A stretch of DNA of 59,130 bases from Candidatus Levyibacteriota bacterium (GTDB lineage Bacteria; Patescibacteriota; Microgenomatia; Levybacterales; UBA12049): positions 1 through 59,130 of the forward strand of contig JACQHJ010000006.1 of NCBI GenBank assembly GCA_016199085.1, read 5' to 3'. The notes under the pieces were generated by a model that was not told the DNA's origin, searched no databases, and worked only from the letters and a program-made list of their open reading frames with translations. Position 1 is the first letter of the stretch; every line of letters begins with the position of its first letter. A program made the position numbers and the translations under genes. Shown one piece after another: positions 18,215 to 25,153 of this stretch.

Positions 18215-19621
18215 GTTTGTTAATGCTGGAAAAGTTATTTTAGAAAGCCTATTATCAGCCCAAATAACAGCTTCCTGTTTTCTTTTATCAGCCAGGTTTC
18301 CAGATGACAAAACCTTTGACCTGTTATGGTGAAAAGCCAGATCGAAATCTGAAACAATTTCCGGTAGAGGCGGAAGCAACCTATGCAATATGTTTACATA
18401 TAAGAAGCCATAGGAATGTTCCCAGTCTATATATATTCCCTGAGATGTGAAGATGACTCTTAAACCAGGAAGTAAACCAGTTCCTTCACCTATCTCATCA
18501 AGAATAAAAGTCGTTAGAGCGGCTGGGTTTTTAACATTTGCCAAAACGCCTCGTATAAACCTTTGCGGATTTTCAGGAAGTCTGGGAGCTCCCTCGCCGA
18601 ATTTTTCAAATTTTGCACTTATCTGTTTCCAAATTTTTCCATTCTGCTCAATCACCTCTACGGGCTCTGCCGGCCTGTAAGGAAAAGCTCCAAACGTCTC
18701 AGGACCATGAAATCCTGCAATAAAATCTTTAATTTGCTTATTCCCATATGGTCTTAGAAGTACTTCTACCCCGGTTATTTCCTCAACCTGTCTCCATCTT
18801 TGGACCATTTCCGGCCAGTCTTCATCTAAGCTGTATGCTGATACAATTAATTTTCCCGTATCCGGATTTCTATATGCATGGGGATTATTCTCGGCATAAG
18901 ATTTATAGTGATTTACCCATTTTACAAGCCTTTGAACCGATGGGTTACCGTCTCCATCACGTTCATATAAAGGAGCCAGCCTTACAAGTTTATGTGGATT
19001 TGCTTCTGAGCTTGCAAATTCATATATTTTCTGTCCTGCCAAATCTGTTTTTGAGTTTACCCCCCAGTTGGATAAAAAAAGTATCGGTATATTCATATGT
19101 TTTGCCATTATCATTACTCTTTCCCAATAAACCGGATCATCAGAGCTATAAAGCTGTTTTGAGGGGGTAATGGTTCCATCTGGATTAATTTTATATATCG
19201 GCATTATGTCGTTTATCCAACTATGAGGGGGGTTTGAATGATTATCTATCCAATAACTACCCTGCCAAGTCCCCCCGTTAAATTCAGGATTGCGTGTCCA
19301 AGGATATACAATCAAAGCTGAACTTCCCCATGGAGGCTGCCATTTATCAACTTGGCTTTCTGCAATTTTTTCGGTTGAAATGTTAGGAGTAGGATCTAAG
19401 GTAAACTTATCGAAATATGTTGGCTGGTCAACATCAGGATTATAACTCGCAGCTATTATATGAGGTGGGTATACTCTTGCTTCGAGCCTATATGACGGTG
19501 GTTGCAAGGTGACTGAACCAAGACCAGAAAATTCCGCACTGATAATTCCCGCGGCAACTGCAGAAGCCAACTTTCTTTTAATACTGGCTGCTTTATTTCT
19601 ACGAGGTCGTTCTCTTTCCAC
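18200..19621 (-). CDS. Hypothetical extracytoplasmic protein (N-terminal anchor, Trp/Tyr/Pro/Asn-rich body, possibly carbohydrate-active)
   Basis: 473-aa ORF. A basic N-terminus and one hydrophobic segment (LASAVAAGIISAEF) precede an aromatic-rich domain. It is GC-richer than its flanks. I recognised no family. Confidence 0.35.
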   Translation of the reverse strand: MERERPRRNKAASIKRKLASAVAAGIISAEFSGLGSVTLQPPSYRLEARVYPPHIIAASYNPDVDQPTYFDKFTLDPTPNISTEKIAESQVDKWQPPWGSSALIVYPWTRNPEFNGGTWQGSYWIDNHSNPPHSWINDIMPIYKINPDGTITPSKQLYSSDDPVYWERVMIMAKHMNIPILFLSNWGVNSKTDLAGQKIYEFASSEANPHKLVRLAPLYERDGDGNPSVQRLVKWVNHYKSYAENNPHAYRNPDTGKLIVSAYSLDEDWPEMVQRWRQVEEITGVEVLLRPYGNKQIKDFIAGFHGPETFGAFPYRPAEPVEVIEQNGKIWKQISAKFEKFGEGAPRLPENPQRFIRGVLANVKNPAALTTFILDEIGEGTGLLPGLRVIFTSQGIYIDWEHSYGFLYVNILHRLLPPLPEIVSDFDLAFHHNRSKVLSSGNLADKRKQEAVIWADNRLSKITFPALTNLNSQ

Positions 19622-19682
19622 AGTTTTAGGAATTATACATCTGAAACTTAATCAATGCTAGTACTATTTTGAAGCTAATTTC

Positions 19683-19711
19683 TTTTCAAAAAATTAAGAT
19701 AGTATTATAAT
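19683..19711 (+). promoter_or_regulatory. Promoter positioned for a leaderless transcript of the 19718 ORF
   Basis: TTTTCA (19683-19688), a 17-nt spacer, then TATAAT (19706-19711). Only 6 nt separate the -10 box from the ATG at 19718. Confidence 0.4.
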
Positions 19712-19717
19712 CTCCAT

Positions 19718-19942
19718 ATGCTTTGTATAAGAATTTTTAAGACCAGGAAAGAAGCGCAGTGGGCTAAAAATGTTTTAAAAGAAGGCGGGATTATGTCTTT
19801 TATAGACGAAGATAAGTTTAACAATGTTCCTATTCAGGAATTTGGAGTAAGGGCACGCCTTAGACTACATGTTTTAGAAGAAGATTTTCTTAAAGCTGCA
19901 AACTCTCTGGCAAAAAAGATAAGGGAAAGTAGATTGAAATAA
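19718..19942 (+). CDS. Small hypothetical protein, DUF2007-like (putative signal-transducing fold)
   Basis: 74 aa. It shows the pattern 'strand - EAQWAKNVLKEGGI - strand ... V.EEDFLKAANSL', which is typical of DUF2007 (recalled). Confidence 0.35.
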   Translation: MLCIRIFKTRKEAQWAKNVLKEGGIMSFIDEDKFNNVPIQEFGVRARLRLHVLEEDFLKAANSLAKKIRESRLK

Positions 19943-19950
19943 CTTTAATG

Positions 19951-20022
19951 CAGGGGCGGAGAGATTCGAACTCTCAGGAACCGCTTTGGAGGCGGTCCGT
20001 TTAACCGTTAACGAACGCCCCT
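19951..20022 (-). tRNA. tRNA-Trp (anticodon CCA)
   Basis: Cloverleaf folded by hand: acceptor AGGGGCG/CGCCCCT, D-stem CGTT/AACG, anticodon stem ACCGC/GCGGT with loop CTCCAAA, and T-arm GAGAG-TTCGAAT-CTCTC. Length 72 nt. Confidence 0.9.
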
Positions 20023-20673
20023 ATTTAGGGTAAAGGCATTATATATTGCTTCAAGTTCTTTTGCAATTTTTGCATCATAATAGCAAATAGCTATACATCC
20101 TGGATACCCCAGTTTTTTCCTTTTACCTGTATTTGCTTTCCTAAAGCTTGAGTTAAATTGCCTTAAGGGAATATTTGTAATATTACTCCAATATTCTTGC
20201 TGTGTTTTTTCATCATGGTATTGATGTAAATGTAGCAAACCTCTAAACTTTGACTCATCAAGATTAAATCCAGATCTTAAAACATACAAAAAATTCTGAA
20301 TCATTGTTGGATCTGAATTAGTAAATCGAATATACGATGTTTCTTTATTGCCCTCACACCACCAAAGAAGAGCGCTGTAGAGCTTAAATAATTCCCTTGA
20401 GATAGGTATATTCTTAATCTCATCATATGCCTTTCCAAAAGCGAGTTCTTTTTGCTCTTCTCTAAATTTTTTCTTAATAAGCATTGCTTTATAAGGCCCT
20501 AGTATGCGGTTTTTTTCAAGCCTGTCCTGAGCTTTTTTTGAAAGCTCAATGGAAGATAACCAAATCGAAGCTGTACTTTTAGATATTTTCAAATTATCTG
20601 AAATTTCCTTTAAGGAGAAGCCCTTTTTCCGTAATAATTCTGCTTTAGTTTTTAACTCAAATGAATGAGACAT
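20008..20673 (-). CDS. HTH-domain protein with a possible LAGLIDADG-like homing-endonuclease core
   Basis: The N-terminus is a helix-turn-helix (GFSLKEISDNLKISKSTASIWL). The core region reads LLWWCEGNK...IRFTNSDPTMIQNFLYVL...YWSNITNIP...YPGCIAICYYD, which resembles single-motif LAGLIDADG-type proteins (recalled). The last 15 nt overlap the tRNA-Trp 5' end. Confidence 0.4.
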   Translation of the reverse strand: MSHSFELKTKAELLRKKGFSLKEISDNLKISKSTASIWLSSIELSKKAQDRLEKNRILGPYKAMLIKKKFREEQKELAFGKAYDEIKNIPISRELFKLYSALLWWCEGNKETSYIRFTNSDPTMIQNFLYVLRSGFNLDESKFRGLLHLHQYHDEKTQQEYWSNITNIPLRQFNSSFRKANTGKRKKLGYPGCIAICYYDAKIAKELEAIYNAFTLNRGVR

Positions 20674-20791
20674 GATGAGTAGTTATATAATCTACTATCA
20701 CAGTACGATTTTTTAGCCTCTTTGTCAACCTTAAGAAAATACATAGTCAATAGCGCTTATCAATAAACACAACCGAGGATAAATGAAGTTA

Positions 20792-20968
20792 TTACTTAAG
20801 TTTTTCGTTTTCTTTATGGTCGGTTACTTTCCTGCAATGCTTACAAAACTTCTTTAAAAGTAGCTTTTCTTCCGTATTCAACTTGTTTCTGGTCGTAACA
20901 TAATTTCTGTTTTTACAAACTGTACAAACAAGTCCTAGTGTTACTCTGTGTTCTCCTTTTTTTGCCAT
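20792..20968 (-). CDS. rpmG: 50S ribosomal protein L33 (58 aa, below the ORF-track cutoff)
   Basis: Hand translation gives MAKKGEHRVTLGLVCTVCKNRNYVTTRNKLNTEEKLLLKKFCKHCRKVTDHKENEKLK. It has the CxxC...CxxC zinc-ribbon pattern typical of L33. Confidence 0.9.
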   Translation of the reverse strand: MAKKGEHRVTLGLVCTVCKNRNYVTTRNKLNTEEKLLLKKFCKHCRKVTDHKENEKLK

Positions 20969-21025
20969 AGCTAAGTATTATATATAAATTTGTTGCTTAA
21001 TTCAATTGCTGAGATTAAATTAGTG

Positions 21026-21098
21026 AGCCGGCTGTGAGAATCGAACTCACGGTCTAGTAATTACCAATTACTTGCTCTAGCCACTGAGCCAAGCCGGC
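21026..21098 (-). tRNA. tRNA-Thr (anticodon GGT)
   Basis: Acceptor GCCGGCT/AGCCGGC, D-arm GCTC-AGTGGCTA-GAGC, anticodon stem AGTAA/TTACT with loop TTGGTAA, and T-arm GTGAG-TTCGATT-CTCAC. Confidence 0.9.
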
Positions 21099-21102
21099 TT
21101 TG

Positions 21103-21187
21103 TGCTGGGTGAGAGATTTGCACTCCCGCAGCCCTTACGAGCTCCTCGTCTACAGCGAGGTGCGATTGACTACTCCGCCAACCCAGC
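21103..21187 (-). tRNA. tRNA-Tyr (anticodon GTA), class II with a long variable arm
   Basis: Acceptor GCTGGGT/ACCCAGC, anticodon stem CCTCG/CGAGG with loop CTGTAGA, and variable arm AGCTC-GTAA-GGGCT. The T-arm GGGAG-TGCAAAT-CTCTC has a non-canonical G at position 55. Confidence 0.8.
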
Positions 21188-21193
21188 ATTGTG

Positions 21194-21265
21194 AGCCGAA
21201 GGGGAATTTCGCAATCCCGACCTTTACTTTACAAAAGTACTGCTCTACTTCTGAGCTACTTCGGC
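21194..21265 (-). tRNA. tRNA-Thr (anticodon TGT)
   Basis: Acceptor GCCGAAG/CTTCGGC, D-arm GCTC-AGAAGTA-GAGC and anticodon loop TTTGTAA. The T-arm GGGAT-TGCGAAA-TTCCC has G55 and a T53-T61 mismatch. Confidence 0.72.
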
Positions 21266-21603
21266 AATATTCTTACAGCTTTGATTTTATCAAAATTTGA
21301 GTAAAGAAGGAATAGCTGCCTCTTATTGGAGGAAAATAAAGAATAAATTCGTCCTTGGTAAAGTGTTAAGTTGATGTTTCCCCGAGCCTGTAATTAGGTG
21401 AGCTAAGTTCTAAACCCACGGGTCAAGAACAATCACTCTGTCATCTTGAATTTCAAGATTACCTCAAACCCAGTGAACCTGTAGAGGAAATTCTTACCAA
21501 CCAACTCTTATACCAAAGAACAACTAGATTATACCACTTGTCTTCAAATTTTTGTCAATGACTTTTAACAAAATTATCTAAAGTGGTATAATTCTTGACT
21601 TAT

Positions 21604-21975
21604 ATGGAAAGACCCCGTGACATTCCCGTTACCAGATTTTGCAAATCCTGCAAAGAAGCGGCAGACCCTGGTTTTGTGCCGGTATGTATATTCAAAGCAG
21701 ATGTTTTGACCTTAATTGATCAGCGACAGGCCGGAGAAATATCGGCAGAAGAAGGACGCAATCGCCTTTCCAGCAAATCGCAAGCCGCACGCACCCGAGC
21801 TTGTCCGAATATCTCCATGCTTAGAAATGAGCTGGATAGGTTTGTTGATCCTATTCTTAGCAATAGGGCTCATTTTAAACGTACTGATGTAGCCGATACC
21901 CAGAAACAACCATTCTATGACAGAGCTACAGGAATGAAATCCAAAAAAGTCCAATCTGATAAATGGAGATCATAA
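21604..21975 (+). CDS. Hypothetical protein (GC-richer orphan)
   Basis: The ORF track starts at a TTG (21595). An ATG at 21604 (MERPRD...) lies 11 nt after a TATAAT box (21587-21592). The protein is Arg/Asp/Ala-rich with a CxxC...C segment. No family recognised. Confidence 0.3.
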   Translation: MERPRDIPVTRFCKSCKEAADPGFVPVCIFKADVLTLIDQRQAGEISAEEGRNRLSSKSQAARTRACPNISMLRNELDRFVDPILSNRAHFKRTDVADTQKQPFYDRATGMKSKKVQSDKWRS

Positions 21976-22593
21976 AAACAACAGAGAAAGCACTGCAAAT
22001 GAAGCTCCCAAAAATATTCCACCAATAACATCGCTACTCCAATGCTCTGCAAGATAGACTCTTGAAATAAGCATGGCTAAATCAAAGGCTAAAATTAACC
22101 CATAAACTAAATATTTTTGGTATTTGGAAAGCTTTGTTTTATGAATTAAAAAGGCAAAAACTATTGAGATAAAAACAGCCCTTGCAGCATGCCCTGATGG
22201 ATATGAAGAACCCGGCTGGACATAAGAACTGGGAAACAGAAAGTCTATATCATATCTAAAAAACATGTAAGGAGGACCTGGATGATTAACATACATCTTT
22301 CCAAAAAGTTCGGGAAGATGTAAAAAGATAAAAAAGAAAAGAACAAAAATTCCCTTCAATTTCTTAAATATAATAAGCAATAACAATAAAAATCCACTTG
22401 CAATTTCAAAGCTGCCAACTAGGCTAAGATAGGAAAAAGGAGTGTCTAGTTGCCTTGAGATATTGTCCTGAAGCTTAACCGTTGTATCAAAGTCGAACTG
22501 GATAAAGAGATCTTTATGAACTAAATAAGAGAAAAAAACAAATGCTAAAAGAAGAATTACAAATCCTATTAGAAAAGGCAGGTGTTTTTTCAT
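21970..22593 (-). CDS. PAP2-family lipid phosphatase (undecaprenyl-diphosphatase / PgpB-like)
   Basis: It has 5-6 TM helices and the PAP2 motifs SYPSGHAARA and SRVYLAEHWSSDVIGG. Confidence 0.8.
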   Translation of the reverse strand: MKKHLPFLIGFVILLLAFVFFSYLVHKDLFIQFDFDTTVKLQDNISRQLDTPFSYLSLVGSFEIASGFLLLLLIIFKKLKGIFVLFFFIFLHLPELFGKMYVNHPGPPYMFFRYDIDFLFPSSYVQPGSSYPSGHAARAVFISIVFAFLIHKTKLSKYQKYLVYGLILAFDLAMLISRVYLAEHWSSDVIGGIFLGASFAVLSLLFL

Positions 22594-22913
22594 TTTTTCC
22601 TCTCCCCTTTTGTTCTTACTTTTCTCCCTATTCCCACCATTCCAACCGCTGCTGCACTTATCAATGTCAATACTAATTTTTTCTCCGGATGTTTAACTCT
22701 TGCAAAAATTACCATTCCTTCATTATGAAAAGTATGTACTAATTTCCTAAGTTTGCCTCTAAGTTTTCTTTTGTCTTCAAAAATCATATTAGGATCACCT
22801 TGTATGTCTTCTCTTTCGAGTTCTAAAGTACCCATACGATCCGAAGGAACCTCTCCATGTACTTGATCCGTAGCCTCAGAAGGCGTATTTGGCCTTAATT
22901 CCAAGCCGATCAT
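22590..22913 (-). CDS. Hypothetical protein with a C-terminal hydrophobic helix
   Basis: 107-aa ORF between galU and the PAP2 gene, with an ATGA stop/start overlap with the PAP2 gene. No family recognised. Confidence 0.3.
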   Translation of the reverse strand: MIGLELRPNTPSEATDQVHGEVPSDRMGTLELEREDIQGDPNMIFEDKRKLRGKLRKLVHTFHNEGMVIFARVKHPEKKLVLTLISAAAVGMVGIGRKVRTKGERKK

Positions 22914-22915
22914 AT

Positions 22916-23806
22916 TTAGACCTTAAGCTCCTTGAGGAATTTTTTGAAATCTTCACTTATATCTTCATGTTTTAGGGCAAATTCAACAACTGTTTTCATA
23001 TATTCAAGTTTGTTTCCCGTGTCATAATATTTACCGCCCTTAATTTCTGCAGCCAATACTCTTTTATTATCCGAAAGCATTAATTTTAAAGCGTCGTTGT
23101 AATAGAACTCCGCACCTTCTTCAAGATTTTCCAATACCTGGTCAAGATAATTGAAAATGTCAGGAGTAAATAAAAATCCGGAAACCGTTGCAAGATCGGA
23201 AGGCGCATTATCTTTCCCGGGTTTTTCAATTACCGTTTTGACGTCAATAATGCCGTCCTCAATTTCTTCTCCTCCTGCAAAACCATATCTTGTGTAATCC
23301 TCATCTGTTTTTGCCCTTATTCCTCCTAAAACAGAGCACTTATACTTTTCATATATTTCAATCATCTGCTTCACTCTTGAAGGATCAGAAACGATAAAAT
23401 CATCGCTCCAGATATAGATAAAAGGCTCGTCTCCAATCAAATGTCTAACATTCATAAGGGGCGTTCCGTTTCCATATGGCCCTTTTTGTCTGACATAGAC
23501 AAAATTAGCCATGGTTGAGATTTTTTCAATTTCTTCAAGAAGCGGTCTTTTTTTCTCCCCGCCCTGTCGTAGATTTTCAAGTAGATCAAGATTGGCTGCG
23601 TCAAAATGATCTTCGATTGTTCTTTTGTGATATCCGGTAACGAGAATTATATCTGTAATGCCGGCATCTACCAATTCCTCTACTATATGCTGGATAATTG
23701 GCTTGTCTACTATCGGAAGCATTTCTTTGGGCATTGCCTTGGTTTGGGGAAGAAATCTTGTTCCAAATCCGGCTGCGGGGATTACTGCTTTTCTGATCTT
23801 TGACAT
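22916..23806 (-). CDS. galU: UTP--glucose-1-phosphate uridylyltransferase
   Basis: N-terminal signature KAVIPAAGFGTRFLPQTKAMPKEMLPIVDKPIIQ. The length, 296 aa, is typical. Confidence 0.92.
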   Translation of the reverse strand: MSKIRKAVIPAAGFGTRFLPQTKAMPKEMLPIVDKPIIQHIVEELVDAGITDIILVTGYHKRTIEDHFDAANLDLLENLRQGGEKKRPLLEEIEKISTMANFVYVRQKGPYGNGTPLMNVRHLIGDEPFIYIWSDDFIVSDPSRVKQMIEIYEKYKCSVLGGIRAKTDEDYTRYGFAGGEEIEDGIIDVKTVIEKPGKDNAPSDLATVSGFLFTPDIFNYLDQVLENLEEGAEFYYNDALKLMLSDNKRVLAAEIKGGKYYDTGNKLEYMKTVVEFALKHEDISEDFKKFLKELKV

Positions 23807-23919
23807 AGTGTATCTTTGATTTTAAAATTAAAAACCTTTCCTGTCAACACCATTATATTTAAAAACCTATTATAAAAAAGGGGTTGCAGAAATAGATTTG
23901 GAAAAAAGTAAAAATAATA

Positions 23920-24552
23920 TTATTCAAGTTTTTTCCTTGTGAGTCGATATGTTTCTTTACTAAAGTAGTCTTTTATTTCTTGCCAGTTTACTGAAATTTT
24001 CATTTTAGGCATATCACTTTCTTTTTCAGCATCTTCAAAATAGTCTAATGAGCGCATAATAGAATATAGATGGTCCTCCAAAACACCATATTTCCTCTGG
24101 TAAAACCCTAACATTTCCAAAAGCGTATACTTTTTTGAGAGAAAATAGACATCAACGAAATCTCTTTTTGTTCCTCTATCGGAAATTGCGTGGATTTTCA
24201 TAGCAGCAATATCCGAAAGATTTGCTAATTGAATTCCCTCATATGATGTTGTTTTCTCAAGTAACGGATATTTGTAATAGAATATACTAAACTTTGTCTG
24301 ACCGATTTTCCCCCATACAGTCCATTTTGCAGTACCAGCTTGAAGAAATTCCTGAAAAGAGGCAAGTTTTGTAGATAGCTTGGCTTCGTTAAACTCATCT
24401 TGTGTAAAGAAATCAAGGTCAATGGAGGTTCGATGTTCAATCTGAAGTGCTAAGGCAGTTCCTCGTACAAGGTATGCTTTCTGAATTTCAGGAAAATCTG
24501 AAACTAGCTTGATAGCCCGAAGTGTATCGGGAAGTAAGGTTTTTGTAAACAT
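23920..24552 (-). CDS. AbiEii/AbiGii-family nucleotidyltransferase-like protein (toxin-like)
   Basis: Motifs YLVRGTALALQIEHRTSIDLDFFT (a GGTAL...R.S.DLDF variant) and KIHAISDRGTKRDFVDVYFL. Confidence 0.7.
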   Translation of the reverse strand: MFTKTLLPDTLRAIKLVSDFPEIQKAYLVRGTALALQIEHRTSIDLDFFTQDEFNEAKLSTKLASFQEFLQAGTAKWTVWGKIGQTKFSIFYYKYPLLEKTTSYEGIQLANLSDIAAMKIHAISDRGTKRDFVDVYFLSKKYTLLEMLGFYQRKYGVLEDHLYSIMRSLDYFEDAEKESDMPKMKISVNWQEIKDYFSKETYRLTRKKLE

Positions 24553-24818
24553 GGTACCTCTCGTTTATCAATCCCCAGTATATCTGCCCAAAAATTACCG
24601 GTAGGACGTGCTAAATCTTTTGTTCCCATAACTACTTTCTTTATTTCATCTTTCCCGTATACTTTTAAAAGCCATCGAATATCAGATAGATTTCCTCTAT
24701 CTAAGACTCTTTTTATAATAAGATGTGCGCTTTTTTCGATCTCTAACTCTTCAAATGCTACATCCCAAAAGTAGGATCGAAAAGTTTGCGGAAGTTGTGG
24801 TTTTTTCTCCTGATTCAT
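24504..24818 (-). CDS. Small Trp/Phe-rich partner protein of the NTase (DUF6922-like?)
   Basis: 104-aa ORF directly upstream of the NTase gene and overlapping it by 49 nt. The FWDVAFEELEIEKSAHLIIKRVLDRG pattern resembles small proteins that accompany AbiEii-like genes (recalled, unverified). Confidence 0.4.
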   Translation of the reverse strand: MNQEKKPQLPQTFRSYFWDVAFEELEIEKSAHLIIKRVLDRGNLSDIRWLLKVYGKDEIKKVVMGTKDLARPTGNFWADILGIDKREVPCLQKPYFPIHFGLSS

Positions 24819-24918
24819 GGTATTATTATCGCATATTTTGCTCTATTAATCCACTCTAAAAAGAGTGACAACATCTCAATACTCAATCTTTACATACAAA
24901 CTCAAATTTGCTAAAATG

Positions 24919-24946
24919 TTGACAAATCCCAAAATATTGTTATGTT
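24919..24946 (+). promoter_or_regulatory. Promoter of the secE-nusG-rplKA unit
   Basis: TTGACA (24919-24924), a 16-nt spacer, then TATGTT (24941-24946). The ATG lies at 24960. Confidence 0.45.
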
Positions 24947-24959
24947 GGGATTTTAATTT

Positions 24960-25151
24960 ATGGCACAAACACCTGTTGGTTTTTTTAAAGAGGTAACGGA
25001 CGAACTTAAAAAAGTTGTCTGGCCAACCAAGGAAGAAGTTATAAGACTTACAGGAGTAGTAATATTGGTAAGCGTGATTGTAGGACTATTTTTAGGAGGA
25101 GCTGACTTTATATTAACCAAGCTAGTCGAAGTCTTAATACTTAGAAGATAA
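24960..25151 (+). CDS. secE: Preprotein translocase subunit SecE
   Basis: 63 aa with a single TM helix. It has an FFKEVTDELKKVVWPTKEEV signature and sits immediately upstream of nusG. Confidence 0.85.
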   Translation: MAQTPVGFFKEVTDELKKVVWPTKEEVIRLTGVVILVSVIVGLFLGGADFILTKLVEVLILRR

Positions 25152-25153
25152 AT

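Noticed and set aside
18447-19170. Several plus-strand ORFs (77, 64 and 140 aa) inside 18200-19621
   Set aside because: They are fragmented and mutually out of frame, and all lie antisense to a single long 473-aa ORF. The long ORF is the more parsimonious gene.
21300-21594. Possible structured ncRNA (tmRNA, SRP RNA, RNase P or 6S) in the 295-bp spacer after the tRNA cluster
   Set aside because: No tRNA-like acceptor/T-arm, no SRP helix-8 motif and no other conserved signature was recognisable by eye. Only a promoter-like TTAACA-16-TATAAT is evident near its 3' end.
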